The notes under the pieces: generated by a model
What the model was told of the DNA's origin: nothing
Databases searched by the model: none
The model's input: the letters and a program-made list of their open reading frames with translations, nothing else
Source of the DNA: a virus
Taxonomy: Duplodnaviria; Caudoviricetes
Direction: 5' to 3' (one strand)
Virus record (IMG/VR): IMGVR_UViG_3300032007_000067
Span: 13,218 to 77,217 of that record
Length of the DNA: 64,000 nt
Shown: positions 17,234 to 27,445 of the stretch, piece by piece
Numbering within the stretch: the stretch's first letter is position 1
How the letters are laid out: the number at the start of each line of letters is the position of its first letter
Made by a program: the position numbers and the translations under genes

Positions 17234-17573
17234 CTTTGTCCCGCCCTATCTTTTTGATAATCTGTTTGCGGTTCAGCATAATAATGCCATCGTATTTTTC
17301 ACTGAAAGCATACACGCCGTAATCTGGTTCAAACAGTTTGTTTTTATCGTTTTCGGTCATGTACTTTATTTCCGCAAGCCAGTAATAAGGCGGGGAAAAA
17401 CCGTCCTCAATATCGGAATAACACACAATAATGCAGTTTTCCCGCACCTCGGCATTATCCCGTAACACGCCTTCAATTTCCCGCCATATTCCGTGTCTTT
17501 CTGACGGTTCCTGACAGATATTGAGACGGTCTGCAAGCTGAGACAGCCGTCCTTTCTGATTATGACTGAACAT
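17226..17573 (-). CDS. hypothetical protein
   Basis: 115-aa ORF, GTGAGG SD, overlaps the next start. Confidence 0.65.
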   Translation of the reverse strand: MFSHNQKGRLSQLADRLNICQEPSERHGIWREIEGVLRDNAEVRENCIIVCYSDIEDGFSPPYYWLAEIKYMTENDKNKLFEPDYGVYAFSEKYDGIIMLNRKQIIKKIGRDKDA

Positions 17574-17590
17574 ATACCCTCACTTGTAAA

Positions 17591-18142
17591 TTACAACCCT
17601 CTGCAACGGGCTTCTTCTTCCAAATTCTGCCACTGACTCTGACACATTCTTTCCATAGCACCGTTTTCCACGGCACTATTCAAATCTTCAAACGCAAGAG
17701 CGAAAAATGCAATCTCATTCAAAAGATTATTCTTTCCCGCACATGCGTCATGAACCATATCAAACATACTGATTCCATTCCGGTCGTATTGAGCAACAAT
17801 TTTTTTCACCCTTTCCGCACTTTCAAAAAACGGTTCGGTTTTAGCGTCTTTTTCCAGCTTCATTGTGCTGATCCATTCATCTATTGCCTTATCGCTGTTT
17901 AATTTGTCGGCAATAACATAGAGATAATCTGATTTATAAATGTATTCTTCTGCAATGAAATCCCATACCAGTTCATCTTCCGGATATCTGAGATAATAGC
18001 GTTCAACCACGCAATTTCCGTCAATAAACAGATCGGCAACATTCCCCCACAGTTCATCATAAGCACGATCCGCAGTATCGTATTCATTGCAGGAAAAACT
18101 GAATTCGTCAGCAGGGTGTTCAACGGCGTACATGTTGGTCAT
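17591..18142 (-). CDS. hypothetical acidic protein
   Basis: 183-aa ORF, AAGGA SD, first gene after the promoter at 18245-18273. Confidence 0.7.
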   Translation of the reverse strand: MTNMYAVEHPADEFSFSCNEYDTADRAYDELWGNVADLFIDGNCVVERYYLRYPEDELVWDFIAEEYIYKSDYLYVIADKLNSDKAIDEWISTMKLEKDAKTEPFFESAERVKKIVAQYDRNGISMFDMVHDACAGKNNLLNEIAFFALAFEDLNSAVENGAMERMCQSQWQNLEEEARCRGL

Positions 18143-18244
18143 AATAAAATCCTTGTTTTGTAGTTTGTTGGTTGTTTGATTGTTTGTTTAACTGTTAAAT
18201 TCAACTTCTGAATTTAACCTCTGAACTTTGCTGTTCATGAGTTC

Positions 18245-18273
18245 ATTATCCTGAATCCCCGAACGTCTTTCAA
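18245..18273 (-). promoter_or_regulatory. sigma70-type promoter
   Basis: TTGAAA-17 bp-GATAAT. Confidence 0.5.
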
Positions 18274-18311
18274 CAACTTTTAAAAACTTATTGATGTTTT
18301 TATGAACCGTA

Positions 18312-19427
18312 TCACAAATTAACAATAGCCTTTAACAGATTTATCATGCCGTTTTTACTGTTTCTTTCTTGCAGAAGTGTTTCAAGATCGGCGTAAAAAT
18401 TCAGATACCGCATGTCAGGAGGAACCACCGCTTTCGGAGGAATGTCAAGCATTTTAGGCGGTACGCATGAAAGGTACATCTCCGACTGATCTTCACAGAC
18501 TCCGTGCTGAAATGACGGTTTTCCCGACACTTGTTTCGCCAGATATGACGTTTTTCCCAGCATTTGCCCGTTGCAGGTCATATACAGACATTCACGGGCG
18601 GGATAACCTTCAAGCATTGAATCAATAAACCGGAACAAATTAAAAGGCTCAAGTTGGTTATCTTTATTGACAACACCCACTGTGAGATCGATGTCATTCC
18701 GGCTGTCAAAAGTCAGAGCATACATAAACGCTCCGATAACATCATAGGGCGATACCGGATAAATCCATTCCCGCATAGCCTTGTTTGCATACCCGCATAC
18801 AACCGGCACATTAACGGCGGTAAGGTTTTTAACCCTGTCAATCTCATTCTCAAGCGTCCTCCCCCTCACAACAGGAACAAACGGCAGAGTTCCGTACATC
18901 ATGCCAATGTAAATACTGACAAACTTTGTATCGCAGTTAAAAAGACTTTCTTCGCATATTCTGCTTTTGCAGAGTTTTTTGGAAACTCCGAGGTAAGACC
19001 AGTTCTCCATATCAAGGGAACACAGAGTGTCAGGGAACACAAATTTGTCAGGACGTGTCTTTGACGCAATCAGAAGGGTGTTTTCAAGGGTGATTATATT
19101 CTGACCAAACCGGTTTTTAAGTTCGTCATGATTCTGCTGTCCTGTTTTATCAAACGCTCCGGCACAATGACAGATACCGGTAATCCGGCATTTCATATCC
19201 CGAATGATTTTAAGACAGTCGAGTGTATCGCTCCGGCTTTCAAGGTTACATTTAATAAAAACCGTATCTGACGGGGAATCGTAAATTTTTCTGAGCTTGT
19301 TCAGAATGTCAGCGGAGTTGTCTTTTACGTCAATTCCTATCAGGTTGTACCCCTGAGCGATTATGGCACTTGCAATGTGCAATCCGATATATCCTAAAAC
19401 TCCGGTAACGATTATGTAATTTCTCAT
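18312..19427 (-). CDS. NAD-dependent epimerase/dehydratase-like (extended SDR), divergent
   Basis: IIVTGVLGYIG Rossmann motif, GID, ICHCAG; catalytic region reads YLGVSK (YxxxxK, not YxxxK). Confidence 0.7.
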   Translation of the reverse strand: MRNYIIVTGVLGYIGLHIASAIIAQGYNLIGIDVKDNSADILNKLRKIYDSPSDTVFIKCNLESRSDTLDCLKIIRDMKCRITGICHCAGAFDKTGQQNHDELKNRFGQNIITLENTLLIASKTRPDKFVFPDTLCSLDMENWSYLGVSKKLCKSRICEESLFNCDTKFVSIYIGMMYGTLPFVPVVRGRTLENEIDRVKNLTAVNVPVVCGYANKAMREWIYPVSPYDVIGAFMYALTFDSRNDIDLTVGVVNKDNQLEPFNLFRFIDSMLEGYPARECLYMTCNGQMLGKTSYLAKQVSGKPSFQHGVCEDQSEMYLSCVPPKMLDIPPKAVVPPDMRYLNFYADLETLLQERNSKNGMINLLKAIVNL

Positions 19428-19602
19428 GAACAATCCCTGTAACAAACCCGAAAAATTATCACTAAAAACTTATAAAACAGTGATCATACCGCATTTTTCA
19501 TATAGAATTTTGTGATCTGAGATTAAAATATACAATCTTAACAGTACAATATCTACCATGAAAACGGTTTTTTAATTATACTCTATCGTATAAAAATCTG
19601 TC

Positions 19603-20004
19603 ATGACATACATAACTGATAACAGAGGTGCATACATGATACTGAAAATAGAACCGCAGGAATACAATGAAACGGAATGGATACGCAAACAAAGCAATCT
19701 GAGAACACGGCAGATTTCAGCAAAACTCGACAAAATCAACACCGCAATCAACGCAATCAATACGGCGTATGAGGATGTTGTGGAACTGTATCAGAAAACC
19801 GCATACGAACATGACGATCTTGCCGACATTGTTCTCGCCCGCATTGCACGGAAATACGGGCATATCTTTGATGTGTGGGGAGTGTTTATCAGCGAGGATA
19901 TTATCGCCGTGAAGGATATTACAACCCGTTGCAACCGTTTTCGTGAAAAAATTATGAACAAAACTGATATAAAAACTACACGGAGTATAGACACCAACAA
20001 ATGA
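19603..20004 (+). CDS. hypothetical coiled-coil protein
   Basis: ORF; likely start MILKIE after AGAGGTG SD. Confidence 0.6.
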   Translation: MTYITDNRGAYMILKIEPQEYNETEWIRKQSNLRTRQISAKLDKINTAINAINTAYEDVVELYQKTAYEHDDLADIVLARIARKYGHIFDVWGVFISEDIIAVKDITTRCNRFREKIMNKTDIKTTRSIDTNK

Positions 20005-20005
20005 G

Positions 20006-20021
20006 TGTGATACACTTCACA
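20006..20021. promoter_or_regulatory. CRP consensus box
   Basis: TGTGA-TACACT-TCACA, 10/10, intergenic. Confidence 0.6.
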
Positions 20022-20068
20022 CAATTAACATTTTGGTGGAATTTTTATGCAAAATGCGGATTTTACGC

Positions 20069-20096
20069 TTGCATTAAGGAAAAAGTATGTTATTAT
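20069..20096 (+). promoter_or_regulatory. sigma70-type promoter
   Basis: TTGCAT-16 bp-TATTAT with TGn extension. Confidence 0.5.
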
Positions 20097-20211
20097 TCAG
20101 ACATCCGCCGGTAACAAAGCGTTATCATTTTTCGTACAACCGTGAGAACTGGTACACTTCGTTATATGGTATGTGATACCTCATCTAACTCCTAATTAAA
20201 AAAGATCCAAG

Positions 20212-20242
20212 AAAAAGGGTATGAGCACCAAACATACCCTTT
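20212..20242. terminator. probable bidirectional intrinsic terminator
   Basis: AAAGGGTATG/CATACCCTTT stem with A run and T run flanks. Confidence 0.65.
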
Positions 20243-20290
20243 CATGTTTCTGTTCCGTAATTCATATTCTCATTGTGATAAAATATATAC

Positions 20291-20527
20291 ATGTATTTCA
20301 TTGCTATTGAGGACGTGGAGACAGATTCGGAACTTTCCCCGCCGTCCGATTATTTTGTTACTACCGATAACACGATTCCTGAAAAGAAAATTTTAGCGTC
20401 TTTTGCGGAATGGGAGCTTATTTTCTACAAAAACTACTATCCGAACTACAAGACCATAACGTACAATATGTATCTGTCATTCATTGAATGGCATTATCAG
20501 TTTTTGCGGTACAGGTATTCAAAATGA
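20291..20527 (+). CDS. hypothetical protein coupled to the polymerase
   Basis: 78-aa ORF whose TGA overlaps the pol ATG (ATGA at 20524-20527). Confidence 0.55.
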   Translation: MYFIAIEDVETDSELSPPSDYFVTTDNTIPEKKILASFAEWELIFYKNYYPNYKTITYNMYLSFIEWHYQFLRYRYSK

Positions 20528-22119
20528 TCTATAAGTTTGACGGAAAGTTTATCGAAGGCGAAACATGGGCAGTAGCAACAAATTCAAACATGCTTTTCGC
20601 CCGCAATGAACGTGATCAGTATTTCTGTATCCGATCAGCCGAGGATCTTGAAATTCTTATCGGTTTTCAGAACGCCCACAATATCTTCATCACCTGGGAC
20701 ACTGACGTTATCAGGTATATCAGACAAAAGTTTTCATTGTCTCTTGCCATTATCTTTATCCGCATGGCTGGCCTTGTTCGTAATATCCCCTATGATCTCG
20801 CCTGTATTCGCTCCGGAATTATCAGACTCCACACTCCGCACCCTGAAAACGAACTTGCATTAACAGCAATGAACCTTCTCACACTGTATAAAAAGTTTCT
20901 GAAGAATGAGTGCAAAATGCTCATATCGTTAAGCCGTGAGTATCATAAGAACTTTTTACAGACAACGACATCAGAAGTAATCGAAAAACTTGACCGGCTT
21001 AAACCCGCATACAACCGCCCTACACTTGAATTTTATTATCAGCCTCCGCAGAACCTTAGTTTTACCATGCCGTTTCTTAATCAGCTTTTATCAGACATTC
21101 TTTCTGAACCATTTAAGGTGATAAACGGCAAGATAACTCATGCAAAACTGCCACAAACATTTACCATAAACAACACTGAAATAACGGTAGGTGTAGGCGG
21201 TATCCACGGGTTTTCGCTTGAAATAAACCGTAAATCCACCTCAAACAAACTTTTGCGGGACTGGGACGTGTCAAGTTATTACCCGTCTATGATCTGCTTT
21301 GATCCGGTTCTGAAATCAATTCTCGGTAATGATTTTGTAAATGAATATGACAATATCCGGAGAAAGCGTATTGCCGTAAAGAAAACCGATCCGGTGCTGG
21401 CTAACGGTCTCAAACTGGTTCTCAATTCAGCAACCGGAAGATTAAACGATAAAAAGAGCCGCCTGTATAACCCGCAGGCTTACATTCAAATCACCCTCAC
21501 AGGGCAGCTTTATTTGCTCATGGTTGCGAATATCTGTTACGACAAGGGTATTCCATTCTACTCGCTTAATACTGACGGTATTACGCTTTTAGACAACAAT
21601 ACAAACATATCCAAACCGATCTTTGACCGTATGACGGAACTCACCGGACTCAATTTTGAGGATACGGTGTTCACTCATTATTTTGCCCGTGATGTAAACA
21701 ACTATTTCGCAATAAAAGAATCTGATGATAATGAAGTTCATATCAAAGGCAAGGGTGTGTTTAATTTTGATAGAAATATAAATAGAAATTGTAACAATCT
21801 TGCTGTAAACAATCTGATACGTTTATCTTTAGACGGAACTAATCCGGCGGTACATTTAGCAGAAATACCTATATCAGATTTTGTTGACGTTGCCTGTTCA
21901 AATTCTACCAATGAACTTTTCCGGTTTTACCGTTCCATTTCTTCTGATGATTGTATCAGAAACAAAGCCGGACGCAAGATACCGTCCACCGATCATTGTG
22001 TGGCCATATCTGAATTTGCACAGGAAAACGATATTAAAGAAGATATTGACTATGACTGGTATTTAGAAAAGGCAGAACTTCAGTTAAATAAAATTCTGCC
22101 ATGTTTTATGAAGAAATGA
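20524..22119 (+). CDS. family B-type DNA polymerase (phage clade with NTDG motif C)
   Basis: VGVGGIHG, motif A DWDVSSYYPS, motif B LKLVLNSATG, motif C LNTDGI, RDVNNYFA, KGKG. Confidence 0.85.
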   Translation: MIYKFDGKFIEGETWAVATNSNMLFARNERDQYFCIRSAEDLEILIGFQNAHNIFITWDTDVIRYIRQKFSLSLAIIFIRMAGLVRNIPYDLACIRSGIIRLHTPHPENELALTAMNLLTLYKKFLKNECKMLISLSREYHKNFLQTTTSEVIEKLDRLKPAYNRPTLEFYYQPPQNLSFTMPFLNQLLSDILSEPFKVINGKITHAKLPQTFTINNTEITVGVGGIHGFSLEINRKSTSNKLLRDWDVSSYYPSMICFDPVLKSILGNDFVNEYDNIRRKRIAVKKTDPVLANGLKLVLNSATGRLNDKKSRLYNPQAYIQITLTGQLYLLMVANICYDKGIPFYSLNTDGITLLDNNTNISKPIFDRMTELTGLNFEDTVFTHYFARDVNNYFAIKESDDNEVHIKGKGVFNFDRNINRNCNNLAVNNLIRLSLDGTNPAVHLAEIPISDFVDVACSNSTNELFRFYRSISSDDCIRNKAGRKIPSTDHCVAISEFAQENDIKEDIDYDWYLEKAELQLNKILPCFMKK

Positions 22120-22120
22120 G

Positions 22121-23266
22121 TCACACTGTCTTTTTGAGCAAGGCGTAAGTAGGCGTGTAGTTAGCAGTATATTTCACACCTGAATAAATTGCTAATTGAG
22201 CAATACCCCGGTTGTTATGATAATTTAAAGAATTACCATCGTCAACTAAATATCCAAGATAAAACTTCGTAAAATTAAAATGATTTGAATTTGTTGCCGT
22301 ATTGTTTCTTGCCAACGTACCGTTAACAAATAAGTTTACAGTATACGAATCTCCTGTGCGTTTGATTGTGATTGTAAAGTCGTTAAGATTGTTCATTCTC
22401 AAATAGTTAGAACTATATGTATTACCGCTGCTGGCAAAAAAATCAACGTATGAACAATTGCCGCCAATACCGGTGGAGCTCGCAACGCCGGTAACCAGCG
22501 CATGGATGTCGGTGTTTAGAGACACACCATCGTCAATGATCAGGGCGTGTTCCGATGCGGTCATGGGAGAGTTGTTATTCATTCCAATGCCGAGCAGCCT
22601 TGACCCCGTGGATCGCGATTCTGTGCCTATCCATTTCAAAAAAGACAAAGTAACCTCATCTCCGTCAGTCAAAGCAAGGCAGGGTATGTCATAATACGGT
22701 AGATGGGACAAAGGAGCGGAAGTGTTTAAAAAATACGTTTCAGCGCAATTTATCGAAGGCATGGCGGGATTGAGTTCTAAAACTGCTGACCCCGCTGAGA
22801 GTTCGGTCATTCCGTAATGCGTAAATGTTCCGTCAACTTTTCCGGTTGCACTGTTAATCACACTCCAAAGGGCAATGAGATCATTGTCGGCTTCAACCGT
22901 GTTATATGCAATACTGACCGATGATTCCGGAATATATGTCGGAATAGCCATCCATTTTGTTGCGTCCCAAGTTCCTGTCAAACCGCTTTCCATTGCAATA
23001 TAAGCCGTAGCGCCGTTTGTTACAATGCTGTTAATATCGTAAACGCTTGCAGGGTTATACTCCCCTTTCCCGGCAAGCCCCCGGCTGATGCAGGTAAAAT
23101 AATTCGCATTGTCCGGATCCGTTCCGGCGGTTGCGTCTGCAATACAGAGATACACACTGTTATTGTATAAGAACGTATCCCACACGGTATAAGCCGTGCT
23201 TGCAGAATACACACCTTTCCATGTAAAACCGATCTTTCCGATATTGACCGTTGTTGTGCTGGGCAT
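22121..23266 (-). CDS. tail fibre/receptor-binding protein with C-terminal LamG-like domain
   Basis: Two N-terminal KG(V/E)Y...Y...(D/S).....Y repeats; C-terminal GIAQLAIYSGVKYTANYTP lectin-like end; distal end of the tail module. Confidence 0.65.
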   Translation of the reverse strand: MPSTTTVNIGKIGFTWKGVYSASTAYTVWDTFLYNNSVYLCIADATAGTDPDNANYFTCISRGLAGKGEYNPASVYDINSIVTNGATAYIAMESGLTGTWDATKWMAIPTYIPESSVSIAYNTVEADNDLIALWSVINSATGKVDGTFTHYGMTELSAGSAVLELNPAMPSINCAETYFLNTSAPLSHLPYYDIPCLALTDGDEVTLSFLKWIGTESRSTGSRLLGIGMNNNSPMTASEHALIIDDGVSLNTDIHALVTGVASSTGIGGNCSYVDFFASSGNTYSSNYLRMNNLNDFTITIKRTGDSYTVNLFVNGTLARNNTATNSNHFNFTKFYLGYLVDDGNSLNYHNNRGIAQLAIYSGVKYTANYTPTYALLKKTV

Positions 23267-23478
23267 TATTGTTTTTCCTCTTTGTCCTTGATTTTAAAAA
23301 TCATACCGTCAATTTTATAAAAAATAAACGCTCCGATAATCTGACCGATAATAACATTAACTGAAAAAGGTACGTCATAGTATTTCATTATCAGCATGAA
23401 TGGCAACATAATAAACCCGCTGATAATCCATCTTATCAGATAAACAGCAAATTTAACCGTCAGAAAATCTTTGAACAT
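23266..23478 (-). CDS. small membrane protein
   Basis: 70 aa with two hydrophobic segments. Confidence 0.6.
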   Translation of the reverse strand: MFKDFLTVKFAVYLIRWIISGFIMLPFMLIMKYYDVPFSVNVIIGQIIGAFIFYKIDGMIFKIKDKEEKQ

Positions 23479-23810
23479 TGTGTTCCCACGTCATTTATAT
23501 AAGGCGAACGGGTGATAATGGCATAAAGACTGTTATCCTGAGTAAACATCTGCAAATAATTAAACCCGTTTGCATTGTCAGACAGGCTTATCGCCCTGAA
23601 ATTCAAAAAAGACTGCATCCAGTAGGCCGTTCCGTATGCCCACCCGCTTGATCCGGAATACTTGTCAGGAGCAATACCGGTTACGGATACCCCACAGATA
23701 TAAAGAGAGTTATGCCATGTTACCACGTCAAGAGGTTTGTATGTTACAGTTGCGTCATATTCGCCTTTAAACGTCAGTTGCAGATTAACCTTTTTGCTCG
23801 CCGTTGTCAT
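23460..23810 (-). CDS. tail-associated protein
   Basis: LTFKGEYDATVTYKPLDVVTWHNSLYIC repeat shared with 22121..23266. Confidence 0.6.
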   Translation of the reverse strand: MTTASKKVNLQLTFKGEYDATVTYKPLDVVTWHNSLYICGVSVTGIAPDKYSGSSGWAYGTAYWMQSFLNFRAISLSDNANGFNYLQMFTQDNSLYAIITRSPYINDVGTQCSKIF

Positions 23811-23811
23811 G

Positions 23812-26800
23812 CTACACCTCGTATGTTCTTATAAGATAACCCGTATCTTCTCCGGTTCCGGCAGAATAAACCGTGTGATAATCGGACGGGGTTGTTACTT
23901 CAAGTTCGCCGTTTACAATGGCAAAGGTTGTCGGATTTCTTGTGTTCATTGTCACAGTAAGCTGTCCGGTTGTCAGGTTCATTCCAAACTCCATCACAAG
24001 ATCCGGCAATTCACCCTCAAACACCACTTTTTGTATGCTGGCCACACTGTCTCTTTCAGACCACACTTCAATTTTAGCATAATCCTCAATATCGCACGGT
24101 ACAATGATATCGTAACTGCTTGTATTCGGAGACACGTCAGACACGGAATAAATACTGCCGGAACGGTTGCTGATGCCGACTTTGTAAACCGTACCCGTTT
24201 CAACTGCAACCCCGTCAGTGTCAATCCACAGCATGTAATCATCAGCGATCTGAGTGAGACGGTTCCGGTTTTTCCACGTCATATTGCCCCGATGATACCA
24301 GTCAACTGCTCCCATTTGCGGGAAAAATACTCCGCCGATCTTCACACATGCCGGAGGATAAGGACGATAACAACGTGCGTCAAACACCACATTCTGAGTA
24401 TTGGTAGCCGTCAGATCGGCAAGTGTGTTTCCTGACATGACAGCAACTTTGATCATGTAGTTTTCACCGCCGGTAAACTCATCATCATTGCAGATTGAAC
24501 TGTTATTCAGATTTGCAATAAACAATACCGCACCGGGCTTATGTATTGCGGGAACGGTATCAAACAAACCACGGCTTATCTGAACGGTTTTGTAATACGG
24601 ATCAATCTCTCCGATTCCGACAATTTCATCATCAATAAATCCGACACACCCGTCTGCCACCGAAACAGAACTCAAATTACTGCCGTTTTCATATCTCATG
24701 GACGTTGCAAGCTGGGAGATCTCGTTTACAAGCACACATGACGGAACAAAATCTTCTTTGTTTACTGAGCCGATATAATTAAAAGACGTGCCGTTTGAGG
24801 TAAGATATTCCTCGGCAGAATCAACCTTGACGGTATTGTATGCAGACACAAACACCCCCAGTTTTCCGGCGGTTTTATCATCATTCAGCATACCGTCCGG
24901 ATCCTGTTCAAGTTTGTAAAGAACGTAATAAGGAAGCTCTGTTGCTTTTACATAATCAAAGTTTGTAGTGATTGCGGGAGCGGTAATCACCGGAGTTCCG
25001 CCCGCAGTATAACCGGCAGAATCCGGCATAAAGAATTTGTCCTGAACAAGTTCCATTTGCACATTATTGCTTGAAGAACCGCCGTAATTGATTTTCAGGA
25101 TTCTGAATACGGAGTTTTCAATTCCGAGATGCGGGAAATCAAGTATAATACAATCGCCGAGATTAAGCGTTCTGCCCTGTAAACCCACGGTAAGCGAACA
25201 TGTTAAAAACTGACTGGCGTTTTCATAAAGATCCCTCTGAGCAAGTTTTACGGCGGTATCCTTCCAGTACACATACGGATAGTCAAAATCTGCATTTATC
25301 GGTTCACCTTGCTGTTGAAGAAGGGCGAGATCCTGATAAACAAGGCTTGCATCCTCACCCGTTTCCCAGTTTTTGTATTTGATTGTTACCTGATTTACAC
25401 ATTCACTTAATGCGGTTCTTTTCACGTCTTTGATTTCAAGAACGTTGTCTGAATTAAACGTCAGAAGATCATCAGTGTCGTAATCGTCTCTGAAAAGTTT
25501 TAATTGCACAAGACCGGTGGATCTGTCAACTCTTAACACCCCGCCGATAATCCTCAGCACATCGGAAATAAAATCGGAGACTTTATCATCGGATTCAAAC
25601 ACAAAACTGATACCTAACTGTTCGGCATAAAGGGTATCAGCCGCCGCCCGGAAATTTGCATCGTCAATTACACTTGCGTCCTTGCCGAGTCCCCATACCT
25701 TGCTGGTGATGGCTTCTCTTATGGCATGAGCGGGGTTGTAATCAAGCTGTGAACCGTCATAATCGGCAAGTTCAAAACTTCTGACAAAGCGGATCACATA
25801 AGTTCCGCAGAACCCGATCATGTAGGATCTTGTCATGACAAAGCAACATTCCGTATCTTCTGCATACGGTAACAGACTTTCATACGTTCCGATCACAACA
25901 TTTTCAAGGTTTTTCTGAGAGGTGATATTGTTGATTCTGACAATGACATCATCGCCGTTATGAACCATAAGATAGGCAATACCCTTGTCGGTATCAACAC
26001 CGAACGCCAGAACCGTATCGCCTGAATCAAACGTTCCCTGACTTGCGTAAAACGTCATGCCGTATCCGGTATTTGCGGTATTGTTTACCGGTTTTACACC
26101 TTGAACCGTATAATTACTGCCTGATTTGTTTCCGCAATAACAGGCACGACCGTCCGTAAATACAATGTAAGAGGATGCAGAGGTGGTGTTTCCGAAATTA
26201 CCGCTCACCACATTGTAAACAGTTTCCCGTCCGAAATGTCCGGTTTCTCTTGCTTCTTCAACACCCAATACCCAGTTTAACTGTGTTCCGGTGCTGTTGT
26301 TTGTCGGTCTTTTGAATATCCAGTAGCCGTTGTTGTAGCTTATATCCGATCTTGCATTTATTGTTCTCGGAAAATCTGTGAGATCGCCTTTGATCGGTTC
26401 GTTGGTGTAAGGGGAGTTGGTGAAGTAGGTATCCTTGTCATAATAAGTCTGTCCGTAAACCGGAAGCAGAATTTTAACCGGAGTCAAAACTTCTGTATAG
26501 ATCACCCCTCCCCAGCCTTCCTGAGTGAGTGAATACCGGTTGTGTGTATAAGTCTGCCCCTTTCCGGAAACAACCGAAAGATCCTTTGCGCTGAACGTAT
26601 CCACAGTAGCGGATTGCCCTTTTTCAAGGGTAGTGTAGGTATCGTGAGTACCCACGGCATACCCGTAAAGCTCATCGGTTCCGAGATTACTGGATACACG
26701 CCAGTATTGCCCCGTGTTTTTCTTTGCCTGTAAACGGGAGCCGTCAGAACTGCTATCATGAGCAATGGTGGCTTTTTCCCGATACCAGTTTTCGGAATAA

Positions 26801-27225
26801 TCGTAATTACATAAGGTGCTTTTAATTCTGAAATGCCACGGTTTTGCATAGGGAGACTGCCCGATATAGAAGTCTTTAGCCACTATGCTGAGAATACCCC
26901 GGCATGCAGAAACAAGTTCTTTTGTTTTATCCGCAAGGTATTGAGATTTTTCCTGGAGAAGATAACCGAATCTTGCCTCGCAGGATCCGGAAACACCGCC
27001 TTCGGATTTATCCCCGCCAAAAAGGTTTGGAGCGTCTATACTGAAAATTTTGCTTTGAGTTATAGGTTCGTTATAGGCGAGTTCGTCATTTATTTTGATA
27101 CTGACAATAGCATCCACAGGAGCCATGCAGATCGCCTGTTCAAAGGTTGCGTAATATTTGACGGGGGTGCTTCCCTTATTCTTTTTGCTTCCCATATATC
27201 CCTCATTCTTCGGAAATATCCGCAC
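23812..27225 (-). CDS. tail tip/host-specificity protein (central tail hub, J-like)
   Basis: YNPAHAIREAITSKVWGLG, DDANFRAAADTLYAEQLGISF, LKLFRDDY, VNQVTIKY, RGLFDTVPAIH, RCYRPYPPA motifs; start probably MGSKKN. Confidence 0.85.
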   Translation of the reverse strand: MRIFPKNEGYMGSKKNKGSTPVKYYATFEQAICMAPVDAIVSIKINDELAYNEPITQSKIFSIDAPNLFGGDKSEGGVSGSCEARFGYLLQEKSQYLADKTKELVSACRGILSIVAKDFYIGQSPYAKPWHFRIKSTLCNYDYSENWYREKATIAHDSSSDGSRLQAKKNTGQYWRVSSNLGTDELYGYAVGTHDTYTTLEKGQSATVDTFSAKDLSVVSGKGQTYTHNRYSLTQEGWGGVIYTEVLTPVKILLPVYGQTYYDKDTYFTNSPYTNEPIKGDLTDFPRTINARSDISYNNGYWIFKRPTNNSTGTQLNWVLGVEEARETGHFGRETVYNVVSGNFGNTTSASSYIVFTDGRACYCGNKSGSNYTVQGVKPVNNTANTGYGMTFYASQGTFDSGDTVLAFGVDTDKGIAYLMVHNGDDVIVRINNITSQKNLENVVIGTYESLLPYAEDTECCFVMTRSYMIGFCGTYVIRFVRSFELADYDGSQLDYNPAHAIREAITSKVWGLGKDASVIDDANFRAAADTLYAEQLGISFVFESDDKVSDFISDVLRIIGGVLRVDRSTGLVQLKLFRDDYDTDDLLTFNSDNVLEIKDVKRTALSECVNQVTIKYKNWETGEDASLVYQDLALLQQQGEPINADFDYPYVYWKDTAVKLAQRDLYENASQFLTCSLTVGLQGRTLNLGDCIILDFPHLGIENSVFRILKINYGGSSSNNVQMELVQDKFFMPDSAGYTAGGTPVITAPAITTNFDYVKATELPYYVLYKLEQDPDGMLNDDKTAGKLGVFVSAYNTVKVDSAEEYLTSNGTSFNYIGSVNKEDFVPSCVLVNEISQLATSMRYENGSNLSSVSVADGCVGFIDDEIVGIGEIDPYYKTVQISRGLFDTVPAIHKPGAVLFIANLNNSSICNDDEFTGGENYMIKVAVMSGNTLADLTATNTQNVVFDARCYRPYPPACVKIGGVFFPQMGAVDWYHRGNMTWKNRNRLTQIADDYMLWIDTDGVAVETGTVYKVGISNRSGSIYSVSDVSPNTSSYDIIVPCDIEDYAKIEVWSERDSVASIQKVVFEGELPDLVMEFGMNLTTGQLTVTMNTRNPTTFAIVNGELEVTTPSDYHTVYSAGTGEDTGYLIRTYEV

Positions 27226-27445
27226 TCATTGTATCTGCAAGGTTATCCGCATCGGTGGCAAAATCATCAAGAGTGCCCACCCTGATAAGCTGATTAACAT
27301 AATAGTCATTCGGCAAGGTGTCAGAATCTACTCCGTGTCTCACAAAACTTTTGTAATCCACGCCGTTTCTTTTGCACCATTCCTTTACGCCTTTAAGACA
27401 GTATCCGGCTTTCCGGCAGGACTCAACCGTAATCAGCATATTCAA
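27203..27445 (-). CDS. conserved small tail assembly protein
   Basis: YCLKGVKEWCKRNGVDYKSFVRHGV pattern, located before the tail tip gene. Confidence 0.7.
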   Translation of the reverse strand: MNMLITVESCRKAGYCLKGVKEWCKRNGVDYKSFVRHGVDSDTLPNDYYVNQLIRVGTLDDFATDADNLADTMSADISEE

